Below the pieces are notes generated by a model, which did no database searches, had not been told where the DNA came from, and worked only from the letters and a program-made list of their open reading frames with translations. Shown here in pieces: positions 1 to 8,170 of a stretch of 64,000 bases of DNA. The DNA comes from Actinomycetes bacterium (GTDB taxonomy: Bacteria > Actinomycetota > Actinomycetes > JBOGEN01). Position 1 is the stretch's first letter. Every line of letters begins with the position of its first letter. A program made the translations under genes and the position numbers. The stretch lies in the NCBI GenBank assembly GCA_050743265.1, contig JBOGEN010000225.1, forward strand, positions 166 to 64,165. The letters are read 5' to 3'.

Positions 1-869
1 AGGCCCACCACCCAGGGCCCGCTGGGCACCCGTGCGAGCACCATGGGGTGTCCGGGGCGGCACGCCACGCTGCTGACCAGCACCTCGGCGTCCAGGGCTC
101 GCAGTGTCGGCCGCAGGTGGTCAGCCGGCCCGGCCGAGGAGGACCCGCAGACGACGACCACGTCGGCGTCCGTGGCGGTGATCATCTCCTCCAGGGCGCC
201 GGTCTTGTCCCGCAGCTGCTGGGTCTCCCAGGGCTCCCCGCCGGCCCAGCGCACCGTGCCGGGCAGCATGGGCCCGATGGCGTCCCGGACCCGCCCGGGT
301 GCGGGCAGGCCCGTCCGGACGATCTCGTTGCCGGTCAGCGCGACCGCCACCTGGGGTGCCCGGTGGACCTCGAGGACGTCCTGGCCGACACCGGCAGCGA
401 GCCCGAGTGCGGTCGGGGTGAGGACGGTGCCCGCGGGCAGCAGCAGGTCCCCGGCGACGCAGTCCTCCCCGCGCCGGCGGATGTGGCGCCCTACCTCGTG
501 CTCCCCGGTGACCACGTCCTCACGCCGGCTGGCCTGCTCGTACGGCAGGACGGCCTCGGCTCTTTCGGGGACGGGGGCCCCGGTGGCGATCTCCACGGCC
601 TCCCCTGGCCGGAGCGGGTTGCGGGGCGGGGGGTCGCCGGCCCGCAGGCTCCCGCGGACGGTCCAGGGCTCAGATCCCGTGACGGCGTACCCGTCCATCG
701 CGGCCGTGTCGTGCGTGGGTAGGGGCCCCGGGGCGTGCAGGGAGGCGGCCAGGGCGGCGCCCAGGGCCCCCTCCAGCGTGACCTGGACGGGTTCGAGGGC
801 GACGGCCCCTTCCCCGGCGATACGACGCGCCTCCGGCCACGGAGTGGAGCGGGTTGCGCGGGTTGACAC
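1..869 (-). CDS. moeA: molybdopterin molybdenumtransferase MoeA (N-terminal part; gene runs off the left edge)
   Basis: Absent from the ORF track because no stop lies in the window. Reverse-strand translation from GTG at 869 reads VSTRATRSTPWPEARRIAGEGAVALEPVQVTLEGALGAALAASLHAPGPLPTHDTAAMDGYAVTG..., with the MoeA-type AMDGYAV motif. The + strand ORFs 43..888 and 48..722 have off-frame or antisense composition. Confidence 0.8.
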   Translation of the reverse strand, partial: MSTRATRSTPWPEARRIAGEGAVALEPVQVTLEGALGAALAASLHAPGPLPTHDTAAMDGYAVTGSEPWTVRGSLRAGDPPPRNPLRPGEAVEIATGAPVPERAEAVLPYEQASRREDVVTGEHEVGRHIRRRGEDCVAGDLLLPAGTVLTPTALGLAAGVGQDVLEVHRAPQVAVALTGNEIVRTGLPAPGRVRDAIGPMLPGTVRWAGGEPWETQQLRDKTGALEEMITATDADVVVVCGSSSAGPADHLRPTLRALDAEVLVSSVACRPGHPMVLARVPSGPWVVG

Positions 870-917
870 GAGGTACAGCATACAGTAGACAAACGGGTCC
901 AGACGGGAGGTGCAGGC

Positions 918-1952
918 GTGAGAGTTGCTGTTCTCGGCGCTGGAGCCATCGGTGCCTACGTGGGTGCTGCCTTGTCCCGGGGCGGTACCGAGGTGCACCT
1001 GATCGCCCGCGGGGCCAACCTGGAGGCGCTCCGGCGCGACGGAGTACGGGTGGAGAGCCCCCGGGGCGACTTCACGGCCCGTCTGAACGCGACCGACGAC
1101 CCCGGTGAGGTCGGCCCGGTCGACTACGTCTTCCTCGGGCTCAAGGCCAACTCGTACGCCGCGGCCGGGCCGCTGGTCGCCCCGCTGCTGCGGGAGAACA
1201 CGGCGATCATCGCCGCGCAGAACGGAATCCCGTGGTGGTACTTCCACGGGCTGCCCGGGCCGTACGAGGGCAGCCGCATCGAGACGGTCGACCCGGGCGG
1301 TGCGGTGTCGGCCGCCCTGCCTGTGGACCGCGCGATCGGCTGCGTCGTGTACTGCTCGACCGAGCTGTCCGCTCCCGGCGTCGTCCGGCACTTCGAGGGC
1401 ACCCGGTTCACGCTGGGGGAGCCCGCCGGCACGCGCTCGCAGCGGTGCACCGACCTGAGCGAGGCGATGGTCGCGGGCGGTCTCAAGGCCCCCGTCGACG
1501 AGGAGATCCGCAACGACGTGTGGGTCAAGCTCATGGGCAACGTGGCCTTCAACCCGCTCAGCGCCCTGACCCGCGCGACGATGGTGCAGATCTGCCGCCA
1601 CCAGGGCACCAGCGAGCTCGTGCGGGCGATGATGCACGAGACGCTCGAGATCGCGCACGCGGCCGGGGCTCGACCCGACATCTCCGTCGACAAGCGGTTC
1701 GCCGGCGCGGAGCGGGTCGGCGAGCACAAGACCTCGATGCTCCAGGACCTGGAGAACGGGAAGCCGCTCGAGCTGGACGTGATCATCTCGGCCGTGATCG
1801 AGATCGCCGACCTGACCGGGGTGGCGGCCCCGACCCTGAGGACCGTGCACGCCGTCGCCGACCTCCTCAACGCCAGTGTCACGCCGGACGAGGTGGCGGC
1901 CGCCCAGGTGCGTACCCCGATTTCCCCCGGCACGACATCCGCCGTACGGTGA
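918..1952 (+). CDS. PanE/ApbA-family NAD(P)H oxidoreductase (2-dehydropantoate 2-reductase-like)
   Basis: N-terminal Rossmann motif MRVAVLGAGAIGAYVG, then ...IAAQNGIPWWY..., ...KLMGNVAFNPLSALT... and ...HKTSMLQDLENGKPLELD..., all typical of ketopantoate reductase family proteins. Confidence 0.85.
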   Translation: MRVAVLGAGAIGAYVGAALSRGGTEVHLIARGANLEALRRDGVRVESPRGDFTARLNATDDPGEVGPVDYVFLGLKANSYAAAGPLVAPLLRENTAIIAAQNGIPWWYFHGLPGPYEGSRIETVDPGGAVSAALPVDRAIGCVVYCSTELSAPGVVRHFEGTRFTLGEPAGTRSQRCTDLSEAMVAGGLKAPVDEEIRNDVWVKLMGNVAFNPLSALTRATMVQICRHQGTSELVRAMMHETLEIAHAAGARPDISVDKRFAGAERVGEHKTSMLQDLENGKPLELDVIISAVIEIADLTGVAAPTLRTVHAVADLLNASVTPDEVAAAQVRTPISPGTTSAVR

Positions 1953-1980
1953 CTCGGAGAAAGAGCAACAGGAGAGTGAG

Positions 1981-3993
1981 ATGAAGACTGCCACGCCGTA
2001 CGCGCGCCTCACTGAGCCCCTCGTCCGCGAGAACGGTGCCCTGCGGCCCGCGAGCTGGGACGAGGCGCTCGACCGTGCCGCGGAGGGTTTCTCGCGCAAC
2101 CTGGCCACCCACGGGCCGAACGGCTTCGGCATGTTCTCGTGCTCGAAGGCCACGAACGAGATGAACTACATCGCGCAGAAGTTCGTCCGTTCGGTTCTCG
2201 GCAGCAACAACATCGACTCCTGCAACCGCACTTGACACGCTCCTAGCGTCGCCGGTCTGGCGGCAGTGTTCGGTGCCGGGGGTGGCACCTCCTCGTACCA
2301 GGAGACCGAGGACTGTGACCTGGTCATCCTGTGGGGCTCCAACGCCCGCGAGACGCACCCCATCTTCTTCCATCACGTGCTCAAGGCCGTCCGCAAGGGC
2401 GCCAAGCTGTACGTGATCGACCCGCGCCGCACGAGCTCGGCGCGCTGGGCCGACGGGTGGCTGGGCCTCAACGTGGGCACCGACATCCCGCTCTCGCACG
2501 CCATCGCGCGCGAGATCATCCACGCCGGCCTGGCGAACGAGACGTTCATCCGCAAGGCGACGGTCCACTACGACGAGTTCGTCGAGGCCGTGGAGCCGTG
2601 GACGCTCGAGGTCGCCGCGGCGGAGACGGGCGTACCGGCGGAGCTGATCCGTCAGCTCGCCCACGACTACGCCCGCGCGGACCGTGCCCAGCTGTGCTGG
2701 ACGCTCGGCATCACCGAGCACCACAACGCGACGGACAACGTCCTCTCGCTCATCAACCTGGCGCTGCTCACCGGCCACGTCGGGCGGTACGGCTCGGGCC
2801 TGAGCCCGCTGCGCGGCCAGAACAACGTGCAGGGCGGCGGCGACATGGGGGCCATCCCCAACCGGCTGCCCGGCTTCCAGGACATGGCGGACGACGCCAT
2901 CCGGGCGAAGTTCGAGGCGGCGTACGGGGTGCAGATCCCCGCCCGCCACGGCATGCACCTCACGCAGATGCTCGAGGCCATGGACCGCAAGGAGCTCACC
3001 TCGCTGTACGTGGTGGGCGAGAACCCGGCCCAGTCCGAGTCCGACTCCGGGCACACGCTGGGGCGGCTGCGCGACCTCGACCACCTCGTGGTCCAGGACA
3101 TCTTCCTGACCAGGACGGCCGAGCTGGCCGACGTGGTGCTGCCCGCGTCCGCGGCCTGGTGCGAGACCGACGGCACGGTGACGAACAGCGAGCGGCGGGT
3201 CCAGCTCGTCCGCAAGGCGCTGGACGCACCCGGCCAGGCCCGGGACGACCTCGAGATCATCTGCGAGATCGCCCGGCGCATGGGTCACGACTGGCCGAAG
3301 ACCATGCCCGAGGACGCCTGGAACGAGCTGCGCTCGCTCTCACCCATCCACGCGGGGATGAGCTACGCGCGGCTCGAGGAGCTCGGCGGCATCCAGTGGC
3401 CGTCCTTCAGCGAGGACCGGCTCGAGCCGCCGTACCTGCACGGGCGGCTCTGGGCGGACGACCCGGCCGAGCGGGGCAACCCGGCCCCGTTCTCCCCCGT
3501 CAAGCACTCGCTTCCCGTGGACGTCCTCGACGACGTGTACACGCTGCGGATGACCACTGGGCGTCGGCTCGACTCGTACAACACCGGCGTGCAGACGGGC
3601 GCCTACTCGACCCCGATGCGCAGGGGCGAGACGCTCGACCTCTCGCCGGCGGACGCGAAGAGCCACGACGTCGAGCCGGGCGAGCTCGTCCGGGTGTCGT
3701 CGCGTCGCGGCTCGATCGTCGCGCCGGTGCGGGTCGACCCGGGGCTGCGAACGGGGCTGGCGTTCATGACGCTGCACTTCCCGGACGACGTCGACGTGAA
3801 CCAGCTCACGATCGAGGCCACCGACCCGGTCGCCGGGACCGCGGAGTACAAGGCCACCGCCATCCGGGTCGAGAAGGTCTCGCCCGAGGTCGCCGCGGCC
3901 GAGGCGGCCCGCGAGGCCGTCCCCGAGGTCCCGCCGACGCTGCCGAGGCCGGGGGACAACCGGGAGCCCGAGTCCCTCGTGCCCGCCGACTGA
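1981..3993 (+). CDS. fdhA: formate dehydrogenase catalytic (Mo/W-bisPGD) subunit, C-terminal piece of a split alpha subunit; TGA at 2233-2235 read as selenocysteine
   Basis: ORFs 1876..2235 and 2266..3993 share one frame and are separated only by one TGA. The joined sequence ...NNIDSCNRT-U-HAPSVAGLAAVFGAGGGTSSY...VILWGSNARETHPI...RGQNNVQGGGDMG... is FdhF/FdsA-like. SD GGAGAG lies 4 nt before ATG 1981. Confidence 0.8.
2233..2264 (+). other. UGA(Sec) codon plus SECIS-like stem-loop
   Basis: 12 nt after the TGA the RNA can form GUCGCC-GGUCU-GGCGGC (2248..2264). As I recall the E. coli fdhF SECIS, the codon position and GGUCU apical sequence are the same, and the stem uses different bases. Confidence 0.55.
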
Positions 3994-4256
3994 CGGACGG
4001 AGTCTGCCCAGTGACCCGCGCCCGCGGCGCCGACGTCGTGGGCACGTCTCGGTATGCCCTGGCATCTCGACCCCGTCCGGGACGTTACTGTAGATTGCAT
4101 ACAGAATGTCGCAGACGCTCCGGGCGGGAGGGAAGGACGACGATGCCTCGTCGCGAACGCACAGCGTCCACCCGGCTCGTCCGGCCTCCGGTGGTACGCG
4201 GTCACCCTGGCGGGGCAGGACTCGTGTGTCCGCGGGATGCCCGTCACGCGGACCGC

Positions 4257-4296
4257 AGCTCCACCGTCTCGACAAGCTCCACCGTCTCGACAAGCT
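4257..4296. repeat. 18-bp tandem repeat, 2.2 copies (agctccaccgtctcgaca)
   Basis: Direct reading gives agctccaccgtctcgaca at 4257..4274 and 4275..4292, followed by a partial agct. Confidence 0.95.
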
Positions 4297-4323
4297 AGCG
4301 CTCACACCCGAGGGGTATCCGCC

Positions 4324-6204
4324 GTGGACCTGCACTTCCTCAGCGCCGTGCCGACCGAGGCCGAGAGGTCGGCGGTGGACGCCCTCCTGGGTCCGGCGCC
4401 GCCCGGGTACGACGGCAGCGCTCTCGGGCTCGGCAACGCCCGCCTGTCCCCGAACGCCCACGATGCCGGGAGCGGGCGCGACAGGCTGCTGCCCCTCCTG
4501 CACGCACTGAACGACCGGGTGGGGTGGATCAGCGAGGGGGGTCTCAACTACGTCTGCCAGCGGATCGACGTCCCCCCGGCCGAGGCGTACGGCGTCGCGA
4601 GCTTCTACGCGCTGTTCTCCATGACCGAGCGGCCCCCGCGGGTCGTCCACGTCTGCACCGACATCGCGTGCAAGGCGAACGGCGCGGAGGCCGTCTGTGC
4701 GGCGCTCGAGGACCGGCTGGGACCCGCCGGGCCAGGCGCGTCCTCGGGACAGAACGGTGACGGGGTGACGTGGATGCACAGCCCGTGCCTGGGCCTGTGC
4801 GAGCGGGCGCCGGCGGCACTGGCCTTCCAGGCCGGCGACCCGGCGGCGGAGCATGTCCTCGCCCCGGCCACCGCCGAGAGCGTCGTCGCCGTGGCGAGGT
4901 CGGGGCTGGGGCAGGCCGAGCCCGAGCCGGAGCCCCTGGCCGCCGTCCCCCAGGCCGGGGAGGAGGGCCTGCGCCTGCTGCGGCGGGTCGGCGTCGTCGA
5001 CCCCACGAGCCTGGACGACTACCGGTCCCGCGGTGGCTACCTGGCGCTGCGGCAGGCCCTGCGACTCGGCCCCGCCGGCGTGATCCGCGAGGTGCTCGAC
5101 TCCGGTCTCATGGGCCGCGGTGGCGCTGCGTTCCCCACGGGACGCAAGTGGGACGCGACGGCCCGTCAGCCCGAGCACCCCCACTACCTCGTCTGCAACG
5201 CGGACGAGAGCGAGCCCGGCACGTTCAAGGACCGGGTGCTCATGGAGGGCGACCCGTTCTCCGTCATCGAGGCGATGACGATCGCGGCGTACGCGACGCA
5301 CTGCCCGCGCGGCTTCCTCTACATCCGCGGCGAGTACCCGCGGGCGCTGCACCGGCTGGAGAACGCCCTGGAGCAGGCCCGGGAGCGGGGGCTCCTTGGC
5401 CAGAGCATCATGGGCAGCACCTTCGACTTCGACATCGAGATCCGCCGCGGCGCCGGTGCGTACATCTGCGGCGAGGAGACCGCGATCTTCAACTCGATCG
5501 AGGGCTTCCGTGGCGAGCCGCGCAACAAGCCCCCGTTCCCGGTGGAGAAGGGGCTGTTCGGCAAGCCCACCGTCGTCAACAACGTCGAGACGCTCGTCAA
5601 CGTGCTGCCGATCCTCACCGAGGGCGGCCAGGCGTTCGCGAAGATCGGGACGGAGAAGTCCACAGGGCCCAAGCTGTTCTGCGTCTCGGGCAATGTCCAG
5701 CGGCCCGGCCTGTACGAGGTCCCGTTCGGGACGACCCTGGGCGAGCTGCTCGACCTGGCCGGGGGACCCCCCGAGGGCCGGTCGCTGCGTGCCGTCCTGC
5801 TCGGCGGTGCCGCGGGCGGGTTCGTCCGGCCCGACGAGGTCGACGTCCCGCTGACGTTCGAGGGCACCCGCGAGGCCGGCACGACGCTCGGCTCCGGCGT
5901 GGTCCTCGCGTTCGACGACAGCGTCGACCTGCCGGCGGTCCTGCTGCGGATCGCGGCGTTCTTCCGGGACGAGTCCTGTGGCCAGTGCGTGCCGTGCCGG
6001 GTCGGCACCGTACGGCAGGAGGAGGCGCTGCAGAGGCTCGCAGGTGGCCGTCCGCTCGGCTCGTCCGCAGAAGACCTCGCGCTGCTGCGTGAGGTCGGAC
6101 GGGCCATGAAAGACGCCTCCATCTGCGGTCTGGGCCAGACGGCCTGGAACGCCGTCGAATCAGCCATCGACCGCCTCGGCGCATTCGAGGAGACCAGCGC
6201 ATGA
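4324..6204 (+). CDS. NuoE-NuoF fusion protein (NAD-reducing diaphorase module of formate dehydrogenase, FdsG/FdsB-like)
   Basis: NuoE-type Cys pairs VCTDIAC and SPCLGLC. NuoF motifs GRGGAAFPTGRKW, ADESEPGTFKDR, YICGEETA and ESCGQCVPCR. The start is uncertain: GTG 4324 has GAGGGG 8 nt upstream, and in-frame alternatives reach back to 4054. Confidence 0.85.
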   Translation: MDLHFLSAVPTEAERSAVDALLGPAPPGYDGSALGLGNARLSPNAHDAGSGRDRLLPLLHALNDRVGWISEGGLNYVCQRIDVPPAEAYGVASFYALFSMTERPPRVVHVCTDIACKANGAEAVCAALEDRLGPAGPGASSGQNGDGVTWMHSPCLGLCERAPAALAFQAGDPAAEHVLAPATAESVVAVARSGLGQAEPEPEPLAAVPQAGEEGLRLLRRVGVVDPTSLDDYRSRGGYLALRQALRLGPAGVIREVLDSGLMGRGGAAFPTGRKWDATARQPEHPHYLVCNADESEPGTFKDRVLMEGDPFSVIEAMTIAAYATHCPRGFLYIRGEYPRALHRLENALEQARERGLLGQSIMGSTFDFDIEIRRGAGAYICGEETAIFNSIEGFRGEPRNKPPFPVEKGLFGKPTVVNNVETLVNVLPILTEGGQAFAKIGTEKSTGPKLFCVSGNVQRPGLYEVPFGTTLGELLDLAGGPPEGRSLRAVLLGGAAGGFVRPDEVDVPLTFEGTREAGTTLGSGVVLAFDDSVDLPAVLLRIAAFFRDESCGQCVPCRVGTVRQEEALQRLAGGRPLGSSAEDLALLREVGRAMKDASICGLGQTAWNAVESAIDRLGAFEETSA

Positions 6205-7178
6205 CCGCGACCGACCTGGGCCTGCCCGTCCGCCTCGTCGAGATCACCCTCGACGGCGAGTCGGTCCGCGTGCCCGAGACCTCGACGATCCTCGACGCCT
6301 GTACGGCGGTCGGCACGGAGATCCCGACCCTCTGCTACGGCGACACGCTGACCCCGGTGAACGCGTGCCGCGTGTGCATGGTGGACGTGGAGGGCTCCCG
6401 CACCCTCGTCCCGTCCTGCTCGCGCAAGGTCTCCGACGGCATGGTCGTCAACACCGACAGCGAGCGGGCGCGCCACAGCCGCAAGATGGTGCTCGAGCTG
6501 CTGGGGTCGTCCGTCGACCTCTCGACCACGCCGAAGGCGGACGAGTGGTTCGACGAGTACGGGGCGCGCCTCGACCGCTTCGGACCGGGCGCCGCGCCGA
6601 CCACCGACAGGGACGCCCGGCACGCGGGAGAGCACGAGGAGCCCGACGGCTCGGTCGCCGCCACGGTGGACCAGCCCACGAAGGTCGACAACGACCTGTA
6701 CGTGCGGGACTACGGCAAGTGCATCCTCTGCTACAAGTGCGTGGACGCGTGCGGGGAGCAGTGGCAGAACACGTTCGCGATCGCAGTGGCCGGCCGCGGC
6801 TTCGACGCCCGGATCTCCACCGAGTTCGCGGCCCCGCTGCCCGACTCCGCCTGCGTGTACTGCGGCAACTGCATCGAGGTCTGCCCGACCGGGGCGCTGA
6901 GCTTCAAGACCGAGTTCGACATGCGCGCCGAGGGGACGTGGGACGAGTCCCGCCAGACCGAGACGACCACGATCTGCACGTTCTGCGGCGTCGGCTGCAA
7001 CCTCAACCTGCACGTCCAGGACAACGAGATCGTCAAGGTCAGCTCACCCCACGATCATTCGGTCACCCACGGCAACCTGTGCGTCAAGGGCAGGTTCGGG
7101 TTCGCCCACGTCCAGGGGGGCGGGCGGCGGACCCGGTCGGACGAGCAGGCCTCCGACGGGGGCGCCCAGACGCGCTAG
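6201..7178 (+). CDS. Fe-S N-terminal piece of the split formate dehydrogenase alpha subunit (2Fe-2S + 4Fe-4S ferredoxin domains + first MopB 4Fe-4S motif)
   Basis: Cys clusters CRVCMV, CILCYKCVDAC, CVYCGNCIEVCP and CTFCGVGC...GNLCVKGRFGFAHVQ. The start ATG overlaps the stop of the preceding gene (ATGA at 6201-6204). Confidence 0.85.
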   Translation: MTATDLGLPVRLVEITLDGESVRVPETSTILDACTAVGTEIPTLCYGDTLTPVNACRVCMVDVEGSRTLVPSCSRKVSDGMVVNTDSERARHSRKMVLELLGSSVDLSTTPKADEWFDEYGARLDRFGPGAAPTTDRDARHAGEHEEPDGSVAATVDQPTKVDNDLYVRDYGKCILCYKCVDACGEQWQNTFAIAVAGRGFDARISTEFAAPLPDSACVYCGNCIEVCPTGALSFKTEFDMRAEGTWDESRQTETTTICTFCGVGCNLNLHVQDNEIVKVSSPHDHSVTHGNLCVKGRFGFAHVQGGGRRTRSDEQASDGGAQTR

Positions 7179-7246
7179 CGTCGGCAGCAGGCCCGGAGCC
7201 CAGCCAGGGCGACCGGCCGGCGAGGCCGACCAGAGAGGGGCCAGCC

Positions 7247-8095
7247 ATGGGACGCGTGACCCAGCGGCGCAAGATGCTCCGGGTCTCCGAACGCCCGCCC
7301 GTCGTACGGACCGACACCCTGGTCGTCGAGGAGCCGCTCGAGATCCGGCTCTCGGGCAGCCCGCTGGCGGTGACGATGCGGACGCCCGGGGACGACTTCG
7401 ACCTTGCCGCCGGGTTCCTGGTCAGCGAGGGTGTCGCGACCGAGCGCGAGCACATCACGACCATCCGCTACTGCCTCGGTGAGGACGAGGAGGGACGCAA
7501 CACGTACAACGTGCTCGACGTCCTTCTCGGCGAGGGCGTCACCCCGCCGGACACCTCCCTGCAGCGCAACTTCTACACGACCTCGTCCTGTGGCCTGTGC
7601 GGCAAGGCGAGCCTGGACGCCGTCCGGACGTCTGCGCGCTGGGAGGTGCGCAACGATCCGCTACAGCTGTCCACGGCCACGGTCGCCGCCCTCCCGGAGA
7701 GACTCCGGGACGCGCAGCAGGTGTTCGAGCGTACGGGCGGGCTCCACGCCGCCGGCCTGTTTACCGCCGAGGGAGAGCTGCTCTGCATCCGTGAGGACGT
7801 GGGGCGGCACAACGCGGTCGACAAGGTCGTCGGCTGGGCCCTGCAACAGGGCGCGCTGCCGCTCGCCGGCACGGTTCTCCTCGTGTCCGGGCGGGCCTCG
7901 TTCGAGCTCGTCCAGAAGGCGCTGATGGCCGGCATCCCCGCGATGGCGGCCGTGTCGGCGCCCTCCTCCCTCGCGGTCGAGCTGGCCGAGGACGCCGGAC
8001 TCACGCTCGTCGGCTTCCTCCGCGGCTCGTCGATGAACGTGTACGCCGGCGGGCACCGCCTCGGGCTCGGGGAGCCGGTGCCCGCCAGCGCGTGA
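7247..8095 (+). CDS. fdhD: formate dehydrogenase accessory sulfurtransferase FdhD
   Basis: ...FYTTSSCGLCGKASLDAV..., ...GGLHAAGLF... and ...EDVGRHNAVDKVVG... are FdhD signatures. ATG 7247 is in frame within ORF 6365..8095. Confidence 0.9.
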   Translation: MGRVTQRRKMLRVSERPPVVRTDTLVVEEPLEIRLSGSPLAVTMRTPGDDFDLAAGFLVSEGVATEREHITTIRYCLGEDEEGRNTYNVLDVLLGEGVTPPDTSLQRNFYTTSSCGLCGKASLDAVRTSARWEVRNDPLQLSTATVAALPERLRDAQQVFERTGGLHAAGLFTAEGELLCIREDVGRHNAVDKVVGWALQQGALPLAGTVLLVSGRASFELVQKALMAGIPAMAAVSAPSSLAVELAEDAGLTLVGFLRGSSMNVYAGGHRLGLGEPVPASA

Positions 8096-8170
8096 CGCTC
8101 AGCCGCTCGCGTCACAGGCTCGAGGGGTCAAGCGCCAGCGCTCTCAGGCTCGAGGCCAGCGCTGAGCCGC

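Noticed and set aside
43-949. ORFs 43..888(+), 48..722(+) and 491..949(-) at the left edge.
   Set aside because: The real gene is moeA in a minus-strand frame that has no stop inside the window. The listed ORFs are its off-frame or antisense shadows.
2331-4298. A 655-aa + strand ORF overlapping the FDH catalytic gene in another frame.
   Set aside because: It has off-frame composition (Arg/Pro/Gly/Ala runs), and the frame of 1981..3993 gives unmistakable FdhF-like sequence. Only its last 51 codons (4143..4298), which lie outside the FDH gene and follow a strong SD, were kept as a low-confidence observation.
3994-4323. Possible tRNA-Sec (selC) or another tRNA in the gap next to the Sec-containing gene.
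   Set aside because: I found no acceptor/T-arm pattern (no GGTTCGA-type T-loop) and no UCA anticodon loop context by eye. A covariance-model scan would be needed to be certain.
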